Sequence record: NC_041916.1
Reading direction: 5' to 3' (one strand)
DNA: 64,000 nt
The position numbers were made by a program, and so were the translations under genes. Position 1 is the first letter of the stretch, and the number at the start of each line of letters is the position of its first letter. The notes below the pieces were generated by a model, which was not told the origin of the DNA, made no database searches, and saw only the letters and a list, made by a program, of their open reading frames with translations. This document shows positions 19,524 to 27,605 of this stretch, in pieces.

Positions 19524-20720
19524 TTACTCCGGAGCAGCGATTTCCAGCATCCCTCCACGTTGGAAACTATACGCACCCGGTGTGCGGATAGCTAACTCGT
19601 AGATCCCCGGGTTCAAAACAGGGAACTCAAAGTCTGTCATGGTTTGATCATTGAACTCAACGAAGTACAACAATTCTTCGCGGTCAAAGAGGTACAAACC
19701 CGGACGTTCGTCGTCCTCTGGGATTTCCCACACCGCGTTACCAACTGGTTTGAATTTAAACGAACCGGTAACTGGAGTTGGGTAAGTAACAGAGGCGTTA
19801 ATGGTTCCGTCCAGCATGAACTGGTAGGAATGGTTGGTGATCGGAATAGCTTGGATGCTAGCGCGCCATTCAGAACCCTTACTGAGTGTCATCCAAACGC
19901 ACTTACCGATAGCGGCTGGGTCATCCACAATAATTTCCAATGGAGAACCTGCTGCATAGGTATAACCGGTAGGAGTATCTACCTTATAGTACGCTCCACC
20001 TTCAGTCGAATACACCGTGATGATATCACCGTCTTCCATCCCCGGGACACTTTCTAAATCAATAATGATTTTAGACGTGACATGAGGACCGACTTTCAAA
20101 GGCTTACGAGGACCTAACGGATACTGTTTTACCCCATTAGCATCTTCATGCCATAAAGTAATTTTGATGTCAGGGTGGTCACATTCGGTCGGGAAAAGAT
20201 CGGTGAGATCACGGACTGGCATAATACCGTTAATGAATGGACCAGCAAAGACTACGTACTCATCGAAGCAGTAGGTCTTCACCAACTCAGAGTCTATGTT
20301 TACCAGTTTCTTCACAACAAAATCATTGAACGGGATGACTCCGGAAAACATAGCGACTTCATTTAAACCGTAGTACTCCAAAAGGATTGGGTGGTACACA
20401 GGCTTATTGCTCATGAAGTTATATTGGGAACTGAACATCTCCAGTTCATCCGCCAATATTCTTAACCCATCCGTGGGCGTTGCCGGGGACCAGAACTGCT
20501 TGATAACACCACCGCCTCGTTGACTTAGGTCAATGTCAGCGGAATAACGAGCTGAACCGGGTGCAGTTTCTTGGATGTTACTGATCGTAACTTCCTCGAG
20601 CTTTAAATCTTTGAAGAGACGTTCGGCTTCCTCTAACTTAGCAGGATCACCTGAGTTCTTCGCATTAAGGATTCTAACTTCACTCATACGGGTGATGAGC
20701 ATTTGTCTTGGATCTTTCAT
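19524..20720 (-). CDS. probable virion protein; N-terminal domain paralogous to the 1423-aa Ig protein, C-terminal Ig-like domains
   Basis: RQML..SGDPAK..EV..I.E..G..R..KQFWSP aligns with RQIL..KGDPAE..EV..IKE..G..R..TQQWSP; C-terminal LNPGIYELAI. Confidence 0.85.
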   Translation of the reverse strand: MKDPRQMLITRMSEVRILNAKNSGDPAKLEEAERLFKDLKLEEVTISNIQETAPGSARYSADIDLSQRGGGVIKQFWSPATPTDGLRILADELEMFSSQYNFMSNKPVYHPILLEYYGLNEVAMFSGVIPFNDFVVKKLVNIDSELVKTYCFDEYVVFAGPFINGIMPVRDLTDLFPTECDHPDIKITLWHEDANGVKQYPLGPRKPLKVGPHVTSKIIIDLESVPGMEDGDIITVYSTEGGAYYKVDTPTGYTYAAGSPLEIIVDDPAAIGKCVWMTLSKGSEWRASIQAIPITNHSYQFMLDGTINASVTYPTPVTGSFKFKPVGNAVWEIPEDDERPGLYLFDREELLYFVEFNDQTMTDFEFPVLNPGIYELAIRTPGAYSFQRGGMLEIAAPE

Positions 20721-20737
20721 GGCTTTTCCTTGATTAA

Positions 20738-20766
20738 CTATGAAGGGTCCTCATGACCCTCCATAG
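20738..20766 (-). promoter_or_regulatory. putative late promoter (TATG) with 5' hairpin
   Basis: minus strand TATG-GAGGGTC-ATGAG-GACCCTTC then TTAATCAAGGA and ATG. Confidence 0.45.
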
Positions 20767-20783
20767 CATCGCAGTTAGATCCC

Positions 20784-21377
20784 CTAACGTTCGTATTTCC
20801 CTTCACGGAAGTGGGTTAAGCACACCGCATGATAGGTTTCATTCCCACCTACCACAACCGCTGATTCACCCGGATTACCGTAATGCGCTTTGCCGTCCAA
20901 CACCATCATGTTGTGGGTCGCGTTCTTACCACACCAGCACATACCTTTCACGATGTTGATTGAACTCGCGTGACGCAACAACCAATCTGAGGCAGGGAAC
21001 CCGCCACCTTGGAAGTTATTACGCAAACCGTAACACAACAAAGGAATCTTACGTTCCGCACAAATAAGGCTCAATGCTTCGATTTGTTCTACACTGATGA
21101 ATTGCACTTCGTCAATGATGATCACGTCTGGTGCTTGTTCAGGGTTACGTAACCATAACTCTAGTTCACCCAACCCTTCTTTAGGGAAAGGAATGCAGTT
21201 ATCCCATTTAGCCCCACTACGACTTGACAACGTACGAGGACAGCCATCGCGGGTATCCACAACCGGTTTAAGAACGTAAGGATACATTCCTCGCTCTTTG
21301 TAGTTAAACGCGGTCTGAATGGCGGTGGTAGTCTTACCACTATTCATCGCACTGGTATAAAAGTAAATCTTAGACAT
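20784..21377 (-). CDS. tdk: thymidine kinase
   Basis: P-loop SAMNSGKTT, IIIDEVQF, YGLRNNF, zinc ligands CWCG and VCLTH. Confidence 0.95.
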   Translation of the reverse strand: MSKIYFYTSAMNSGKTTTAIQTAFNYKERGMYPYVLKPVVDTRDGCPRTLSSRSGAKWDNCIPFPKEGLGELELWLRNPEQAPDVIIIDEVQFISVEQIEALSLICAERKIPLLCYGLRNNFQGGGFPASDWLLRHASSINIVKGMCWCGKNATHNMMVLDGKAHYGNPGESAVVVGGNETYHAVCLTHFREGKYER

Positions 21378-21648
21378 ATGTACCTACTAAAAATATAATG
21401 AGTCCCACCGTCAGTCCAACGCTGGCGGCTATGCCGGCGTGGTTAAGTGTGATAAAGATGTCTTTGCTGATATCGACCCGGATTTCGTCCGGGGTCGTTG
21501 TTTTAGATAAACAAAAATAACACCAGCACATAGCGATGATTCCAGCGCAAATTTCCTTTTGCTGGAAAATTATTGAAACAATCAACAAACAACTAACCAG
21601 TGTCAAGCGCCACCAATTAGAAGGGTTGCCTTCAGAATCAGTAATCAT
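21370..21648 (-). CDS. small membrane protein (about 3 TM)
   Basis: 92 aa with three hydrophobic stretches. Confidence 0.75.
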   Translation of the reverse strand: MITDSEGNPSNWWRLTLVSCLLIVSIIFQQKEICAGIIAMCWCYFCLSKTTTPDEIRVDISKDIFITLNHAGIAASVGLTVGLIIFLVGTYV

Positions 21649-21938
21649 ACTAACCCCCGAATAAAGTCAGCGTTATAGTAAATCCAATACACCAGTCCCC
21701 AGACGATCATATCCAGCCATAAAGCCTTAAAGGTAAAGAACTGTTTGTTCCGCATCCGGCGGTGATAGACCTCAGGTTTGATCACGGCGATATGCACAAG
21801 ATCAATTGCGATTACGGTCACGATGGTTAGGGTGATCCACGACAAGCCTAGTGAGAACGCGATTAAGGCCACACCGTATAAAGTAAAGATCGTAACGGAA
21901 GCCATGTCGTGGGTAAATAAATGTTTTAGGTTTTTCAT
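21645..21938 (-). CDS. small membrane protein (about 3 TM)
   Basis: Start at 21938 forms an ATGA overlap with the upstream TGA; three hydrophobic segments. Confidence 0.75.
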   Translation of the reverse strand: MKNLKHLFTHDMASVTIFTLYGVALIAFSLGLSWITLTIVTVIAIDLVHIAVIKPEVYHRRMRNKQFFTFKALWLDMIVWGLVYWIYYNADFIRGLV

Positions 21939-22240
21939 AGTACTGCGGATACCCCAGACCAAATCACAAAGCCGACGATACATGACAAACCAATCGCACA
22001 CTTGTTAAACCACAAGTTACCGTAAGGTTTGACACGAACCAAGTAAGTGTTGTCAAAGTTAATAATGAGCAATAGGTAACAAATGGCAATACCAATAGTT
22101 CCTTGCAACCACGTCCATCCGATTAAAGATGCGACGGTTCCAATTACGATCATCAGTACAATACGGAATAACTCACGACCGTCTGATAGGAGGTGATAGA
22201 TCGGAAGTCGATTACTTAAACTATTTTTTGCATTGTTCAT
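21935..22240 (-). CDS. small membrane protein (about 3 TM)
   Basis: 101 aa, hydrophobic segments, overlaps both neighbours. Confidence 0.7.
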   Translation of the reverse strand: MNNAKNSLSNRLPIYHLLSDGRELFRIVLMIVIGTVASLIGWTWLQGTIGIAICYLLLIINFDNTYLVRVKPYGNLWFNKCAIGLSCIVGFVIWSGVSAVL

Positions 22241-22499
22241 CTTTATTCTCTTTATTAATGATGGTGGAAGGTGTGTAATGTCTTTTTAGGTGTCGACGCA
22301 TCAGCTCGATGTCTGGACAAAAATCGTCTCCCACTTTGGTACGCTCGTGGGGAGCTTGCGCCCAACGTGCCGCCGCAGAGATAGCAGGGTCGTAAGCACA
22401 CCAGTGTTCTAGATCATGGAGACGTTGTTTAAGGAACCACAGTTCGTTAAGCTCTTTACCTGCAACCATATTTTTAATAAAACGTTTTAACCAATTCAT
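22221..22499 (-). CDS. hypothetical protein (AGKELNEL family)
   Basis: 92 aa, AAGGA SD; paralogue of 22658-23029. Confidence 0.8.
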   Translation of the reverse strand: MNWLKRFIKNMVAGKELNELWFLKQRLHDLEHWCAYDPAISAAARWAQAPHERTKVGDDFCPDIELMRRHLKRHYTPSTIINKENKDEQCKK

Positions 22500-22511
22500 A
22501 TCCTTTACCTT

Positions 22512-22661
22512 TTAAAAACGAGTGGGGTTAACCATGCTTAAATGTAATGCTCGTTGAGTCGGGGTCAGTATCATCCCCGGGTTGGGTTGAAACTTCGCTA
22601 AGACCAAAGCTGCCTCTTTTTGGCGTTTCTTTTCTTTTTTACGTTGTTTCTTTTTCTTCAT
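22512..22661 (-). CDS. small highly basic protein, 49 aa (not in the ORF track)
   Basis: MKKKKQRKKEKKRQKEAALVLAKFQPNPGMILTPTQRALHLSMVNPTRF; GAGG SD and ATGA overlap with the upstream stop; fills the operon gap. Confidence 0.65.
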   Translation of the reverse strand: MKKKKQRKKEKKRQKEAALVLAKFQPNPGMILTPTQRALHLSMVNPTRF

Positions 22662-23029
22662 GACCCACCTCTCGGGAACTTAACAACATTGGATGAACTC
22701 GGTTCATCGTCGACGTTTGGGTTAACTGGCTCTGGGATTAATTCAGAAGCGTCGCGACTACCATAATACTTGGGGGTCGACTTTAACACTTGCTCACGGT
22801 AATGCTGAGGCGACCTATGACGTAATATGTAACGGAAACGAAAGCTATCACGAAACCCTTGAATATTGGATTTGTTTTCTCCAGCTATCCAGTCCACCGC
22901 TTCCACGATCTTGGGTTCGGTCCCCATGTAACTTTTCATTTCACTGAGTCTTTGCTTTAACTCCGCTAACTCGTTAAGTTCTTTCCCCGCTATTTTCTCA
23001 CGCAACCATAGATAAAATTTATTTAACAT
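22658..23029 (-). CDS. hypothetical protein (AGKELNEL family)
   Basis: 123 aa; IAGKELNELAELKQRL versus VAGKELNELWFLKQRL. Confidence 0.8.
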   Translation of the reverse strand: MLNKFYLWLREKIAGKELNELAELKQRLSEMKSYMGTEPKIVEAVDWIAGENKSNIQGFRDSFRFRYILRHRSPQHYREQVLKSTPKYYGSRDASELIPEPVNPNVDDEPSSSNVVKFPRGGS

Positions 23030-23059
23030 AGTTCACCTTAAAAAAATAAATACTAAAGT

Positions 23060-23085
23060 ATGTGGACCCCCGTAGGAGTCCACAT
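23060..23085 (-). terminator. intrinsic terminator after the chaperonin gene
   Basis: ATGTGGAC/GTCCACAT stem, T-rich downstream on the minus strand. Confidence 0.7.
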
Positions 23086-23094
23086 TATCTTTGA

Positions 23095-24654
23095 TTAAAT
23101 ACGTACGTCCGCTAAGCGAGAGTTCATGATGATCGAGTCAGTGTCCATCAACGTGATCGCCATTGATACCGCTGCTTCCAATGCAGTACATGTTGCCAGT
23201 GCCGCGTCCCATACGTTAATCGCACCCGGAGTAGGACCGACTTCACCCGTTGCCAAGTTGGTGTATGAAGTGATGTTATCAAAATCCGTCTTCATCAGAT
23301 ACACTACTTGTTGACGCAATACAGAAGCGTAAGTTGCTGCGATGTCACACTCAGGGTATTTGGTTTCTAACACTTGACCTACTTGCGCTAACGAGTAACC
23401 ACAACCCTGTAGGACACCGTTAGACAATGCTGAACGACAAACACGACCTACGTCCTCAAAACGGTCACGACGTTCTTTGATGTCCGATTCTGTCACACCA
23501 CCGACGTAGATAGTAACGCTACCACCTGACAAAATGTTAAGGCGAGCTTTAATGATCTTACCTAATGCCGAATTACGTTGTTCTACATCCAGTTCATCAA
23601 TTTGCTTTTTCACAGCATCGGCTGCTCGTTGCAGGTTAACGGTGTGTTGAACACCACGACCAGTGACTGCGAATTGCGTCACGTTTACATGAACCATTGG
23701 GAACTCTTGTTCGTCCGCATACACATTAGGGTTCGACATCAGTTCTGTCATCATCTCAGTACCTAACACCAAAGCGATGTCATTTACCAAAGAAACACCT
23801 GAAGAACCTGCTGCGTTGATCTTAATCACCTTAAAGGCTTTGCGACCCACCGTGGTGTTCATTTGTTTGATCGCCGCTTCAGTAACTTCATCCGCACCAC
23901 GACAAACGATCAAGTAAGTGCCGCCTGATTTCACGTACTCTTCTGTCAGGTCAACGAACTTCATGATCTCTTCTTTGCTGTCCAAGCCACGAATCTTATC
24001 CGACACTAAGATAGGACGGTAATCACCGCGACCGTGGAATTGTTCCGTTAGACCTGTACCCAATTCGGACATGTCAGGAGAAAGGAAACCACCCGGCCAA
24101 GTACAACCATTGCGGTACTGCACCTGATCTTGGTCGTCACCTGAATCACGGAACTCTAGGTCTGGCAGATGTGGATTGTCACGGTACACTTCCAGAATCT
24201 TGTTCACGATCACTTGGTCGTTGTTACTGGTCGTTAATAGTACGTCCGATAACAACGTAGAGTTGATGTCCACTTCCGTTGACATTGCTTTCAGGACGTC
24301 CAGCACTTCATCGGTGTATTGACGAAGCAGTTTCTTAGTACGGAAACTGATTTGGCTTTTGAAGCGCAGGTAGAACTCGTTCAACAGAAAAGCGGTTGTT
24401 GTCGTACCGTCACCACAAATGCGGTCTGTGCGTAAACAACATTCTGCGATCATTGTCGAGATAAGGTCTTTGGTTGGATCGTCGAAGCGCATGGCTTTAG
24501 CGACAGTCACACCATCTTTAGTAGGATGAGGTTTACCCGACTTATCACAAACCACGATGTTACCATCAGGTCCCATAGTGGATTTTACAGCACCACAAAC
24601 TTCACGAACGGTTTCGTCTTTGATTGCTTGCGTGTCTTTGTAATTTACGTACAT
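23095..24654 (-). CDS. groEL: GroEL-like phage chaperonin
   Basis: MGPDG, TKDGVTVAK, GDGTTTT and ERRDRFED motifs of group I chaperonins; no GGM tail; 519 aa. Confidence 0.92.
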   Translation of the reverse strand: MYVNYKDTQAIKDETVREVCGAVKSTMGPDGNIVVCDKSGKPHPTKDGVTVAKAMRFDDPTKDLISTMIAECCLRTDRICGDGTTTTAFLLNEFYLRFKSQISFRTKKLLRQYTDEVLDVLKAMSTEVDINSTLLSDVLLTTSNNDQVIVNKILEVYRDNPHLPDLEFRDSGDDQDQVQYRNGCTWPGGFLSPDMSELGTGLTEQFHGRGDYRPILVSDKIRGLDSKEEIMKFVDLTEEYVKSGGTYLIVCRGADEVTEAAIKQMNTTVGRKAFKVIKINAAGSSGVSLVNDIALVLGTEMMTELMSNPNVYADEQEFPMVHVNVTQFAVTGRGVQHTVNLQRAADAVKKQIDELDVEQRNSALGKIIKARLNILSGGSVTIYVGGVTESDIKERRDRFEDVGRVCRSALSNGVLQGCGYSLAQVGQVLETKYPECDIAATYASVLRQQVVYLMKTDFDNITSYTNLATGEVGPTPGAINVWDAALATCTALEAAVSMAITLMDTDSIIMNSRLADVRI

Positions 24655-24701
24655 GGAATTTTCCTTATATAAAGTTAGATGAGTTTATTACTCGGGATAG
24701 A

Positions 24702-24721
24702 TACACCCGAGTAATATAGGG
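24702..24721 (-). promoter_or_regulatory. phiKZ-type early promoter
   Basis: minus strand CCCTATATTACTCGGGTGTA, embedded in an 11-bp inverted repeat. Confidence 0.7.
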
Positions 24722-24731
24722 TTGAATAAAT

Positions 24732-25892
24732 TTAGTTACCGAAGTAATCGTTAAGTTTTAAGTCGTCAATCGTTAGACGGTGACTACCTAGTTTGATGTC
24801 TTTATCAATCGACATCGTCGCTGGCGGGATATTGAAATCGAACTCACTAATCAGTTGATCAATAAGGTTGGTTTCTTCTTCGTCTACTACCAGACCATCC
24901 ACCGACAATGTGAAGCTGTGATTTAACGCACCCATGCGGTTAGCAATGAACTGCGCGTAAATCGCGTAAGGCAGCACTTCGTGAGCAAACTCAGTCATCG
25001 GGAATAACGTGGTCATATGAAGTTTAGCCGACAAATAGTATTCCGGACAATCTACAATGTTGAAGATTAAACGAATGGCTTCTTCACGACCAATCGATTC
25101 AAACATGGTGTTGTCAAAGAACCCGTTGATGTTAGGAATGTCAGCGTACTCTTTTCCTTCCACTAACGCTTTAACCACATCCATCGCATTTTCGTCTTCC
25201 GGCTCGAACTCGTTGAAGAAGTACTCCAAACGTTGGTTCATCGGAATCAGAGTTTTGATGAACGTCATCATGACCTGTTTAGGTGTGTACTTTAAACGAC
25301 CTTCTTTTAGGTTATCGACGACGCTGTTATCACTGAGTGGAATTAAGTTAGGATGTTGGAACAACACCATTCCGTTGTCACCCGGGTAAGTAAAGGCACA
25401 ACCATGGTTTGGACCAGTTTGACCACGAGGGATTAAGACCACCTGTTGTTCAGACTCAATTCCGGATTCACGAATGCACGCTTCTAGGGTTAGGTGTTTC
25501 GTCATCATACCGTTGTTGACGTAGGCTTCACGCAGATCGTCCAGTGACTCGATGTTCACACCCGCTTTACGGAAACGTTCCGCGGCTATGTTGATGCGCT
25601 GATCTTCATCAAGGGCTTGTGTGTAACTGATTTCTTCGAATTCAATGAAGCTATCACGGTGATGACAACCCGCAGAATGAAGAACTTCGACGTCTGCCTT
25701 TTCATCCAACAACCAGTTGAGTTCCGCTAATCCGGTCACAACGCCTTCCAATTTCACTTTCTTAGACCATTGCGGTAACACACTTTCCTCACTCAACATG
25801 AATTGATGGGTGAATCCCGGGATGATCTTTTGTTCCGTGATGGGTAGATTTTTGCTGATGACTTCTTTAAGAGCTTGAATGTAATTACTCAT
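24732..25892 (-). CDS. thymidylate synthase-like protein, catalytically degenerate
   Basis: ThyA fold landmarks (SKKVKL..AELNWLL, GQTGPNHG, YYLSAKLH, YAIYAQFIA, LTIDDLKLNDY), but the catalytic PC reads PK and RSxD, DRTG, SRR and H-x-Y are lost. Confidence 0.75.
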   Translation of the reverse strand: MSNYIQALKEVISKNLPITEQKIIPGFTHQFMLSEESVLPQWSKKVKLEGVVTGLAELNWLLDEKADVEVLHSAGCHHRDSFIEFEEISYTQALDEDQRINIAAERFRKAGVNIESLDDLREAYVNNGMMTKHLTLEACIRESGIESEQQVVLIPRGQTGPNHGCAFTYPGDNGMVLFQHPNLIPLSDNSVVDNLKEGRLKYTPKQVMMTFIKTLIPMNQRLEYFFNEFEPEDENAMDVVKALVEGKEYADIPNINGFFDNTMFESIGREEAIRLIFNIVDCPEYYLSAKLHMTTLFPMTEFAHEVLPYAIYAQFIANRMGALNHSFTLSVDGLVVDEEETNLIDQLISEFDFNIPPATMSIDKDIKLGSHRLTIDDLKLNDYFGN

Positions 25893-25900
25893 GGTGTTTC

Positions 25901-26545
25901 CTAATTAAGGTTATCGGACGCCGTTTCTTGGCGTGTAAAGAATTCAGAGAAATCCGACGCTTTCAAACGTTGGTATTCTTCGGGGTTAAATGGATGGTCA
26001 AACGTACCGTCAGCGACGAGTGAATCGGCGATTTCATCTTCGGAGTTTTTCACATCGTAAGTCGTGGAGTTAAACAAGTAATAAGCAAACCCAACCAGTT
26101 TCATGTCGCTGGTAAGTTGTGTGCCTTCCACTAATTGTTCTTGTTGGATTTGGGTTTTCATTAAATCCAGTGTTCCGTCTATTAACTCCATGACACGTTC
26201 CGGTACGGATAAATACGTGGCTTTGTGTATGACGTTACTGAAAGAGAACAACTCTACGGACTCGCCTGTGTCCACCGCAATAAAATGAAGCAGTTGCCAA
26301 TCCGTTGTTTCACCTAATATGGTAATCCCAGTTTTAATGGCCGTAGTCCGGTCTTCCTTTCGGGACAAGAACTTGAGATACGGTGTCCAGTGCTTACCGT
26401 CCATTTGGTGATAATGAGAACCAGAAAAATACAGCTGGTCGTGAATCTTGGATACTACCAAGGCAATGGTTCTTTGTCCGCGCTTTTGTCCTTGTCGAGG
26501 TAAAAGACTTTGAACTTTATTACGTTTACTGGTATTTCTACCCAT
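25901..26545 (-). CDS. hypothetical protein
   Basis: 214 aa, AAGGA SD, basic N-terminus. Confidence 0.85.
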   Translation of the reverse strand: MGRNTSKRNKVQSLLPRQGQKRGQRTIALVVSKIHDQLYFSGSHYHQMDGKHWTPYLKFLSRKEDRTTAIKTGITILGETTDWQLLHFIAVDTGESVELFSFSNVIHKATYLSVPERVMELIDGTLDLMKTQIQQEQLVEGTQLTSDMKLVGFAYYLFNSTTYDVKNSEDEIADSLVADGTFDHPFNPEEYQRLKASDFSEFFTRQETASDNLN

Positions 26546-26573
26546 TGCGATAATCCTTAAATGAAAAAATAAA

Positions 26574-26593
26574 CCCTACCCGTTAAGGTAGGG
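26574..26593 (-). terminator. intrinsic terminator (CTACC family)
   Basis: CCCTACC/GGTAGGG stem, T-run downstream on the minus strand. Confidence 0.7.
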
Positions 26594-26599
26594 GATAGA

Positions 26600-27082
26600 T
26601 TATTTTACCGGAGCTGCGCTCAAGTTATCAAAGTAGAAGGTTTCACCGATGAAAGGTTTCAGTATGTCTTTCATGCGTTCACCTTCTTCTACGTCGATGT
26701 CGTAAGCCACAGACATGTGTGCAACGTAATCGTCCCAACCATGATCATAGCCCGCCGCTAACCAACGCTGGTGTTCTTCTTTAAGTTGATCAGAACGCAT
26801 CACAAACGCTAACGCTGATTGTTTACCGTCTTTGATCGGACCCATCAGTTCAATGGCGACGACTTCACCTTCATAAACCGTGGTCGGGTCGATTTCTTGT
26901 TCTAAGGTAACGTGGCCCAAATCTTTGTCGTAGGCAATCGTGCTATGGAACTTACCATCATCGATAGGAGTAACACCTTGTTCGATTAAGATGTCACGAA
27001 TACGTTCACATTGATGGAACGCCAAATCAACAGAAACGTAACCCTTAGGTTCAGTAACAATAGGATCTAAATTAATTTTCAT
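26600..27082 (-). CDS. acb1: 2H phosphodiesterase, Acb1 (T4 gp57B)-like anti-CBASS candidate
   Basis: Two HxT/S motifs (H46-S-T48, H122-M-S124); KFHSTIAY and ALAFVMRSDQLKEEHQ..AGYDHGWDDYVAHMSVAY parallel T4 57B as recalled. Confidence 0.75.
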   Translation of the reverse strand: MKINLDPIVTEPKGYVSVDLAFHQCERIRDILIEQGVTPIDDGKFHSTIAYDKDLGHVTLEQEIDPTTVYEGEVVAIELMGPIKDGKQSALAFVMRSDQLKEEHQRWLAAGYDHGWDDYVAHMSVAYDIDVEEGERMKDILKPFIGETFYFDNLSAAPVK

Positions 27083-27605
27083 TGTTTAGTTCTCTAGGTT
27101 TTAAATAAAGTAAATCACCATGATCACCAATCCCGATTTCTGGGAGAAGGTTACCGTAGACTTGCTCTAACCAGTCTGGGTCTTGGTGGACTTCTAACAT
27201 CAGCTGTGCGCTGTGGCAGTAACTGAGTTCTTCTTTGGTGGGAATGTAAATGAACGCCACTTCTTCAGGGGAAACTGAGATATGACTGTCGTGTGTGCTA
27301 TCAGGTGCGGTGTTACTGATAACGTTAAAACGACGACCGTCCCAACGGGTATGCAGACCACACTCTGGTTGTTCCCCACCTAATACCGTTCCGTCTTTCA
27401 AACGAAGGTAATAAGGTAAGGTGTAAGCACGTCCGTTGAACTTATGCCATATCCCCGGATAGAACGGATGATGGTTCAAGTAATCGTTATTTACTGGAGG
27501 GGATTCCAACGTATGGATGCCTTCAGATAACGATTTGAGTAACTCGGAGGTTTGACAGTCCGCTTTCATAGCGATGTGAATATCACTGATCAATTTCTTA
27601 GCCAT
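27072..27605 (-). CDS. hypothetical protein
   Basis: 177 aa, AAGGA SD, overlaps downstream start. Confidence 0.8.
   Translation of the reverse strand: MAKKLISDIHIAMKADCQTSELLKSLSEGIHTLESPPVNNDYLNHHPFYPGIWHKFNGRAYTLPYYLRLKDGTVLGGEQPECGLHTRWDGRRFNVISNTAPDSTHDSHISVSPEEVAFIYIPTKEELSYCHSAQLMLEVHQDPDWLEQVYGNLLPEIGIGDHGDLLYLKPRELNNEN

Noticed and set aside
20753-20959. 68-aa plus-strand ORF at the end of tdk
   Set aside because: Antisense to tdk, no SD, overlaps a regulatory hairpin
24732-25892. Annotation as an active thymidylate synthase or dNMP hydroxymethylase indicating modified DNA
   Set aside because: The catalytic Cys and nucleotide-binding Arg/Ser residues needed by this enzyme family are absent
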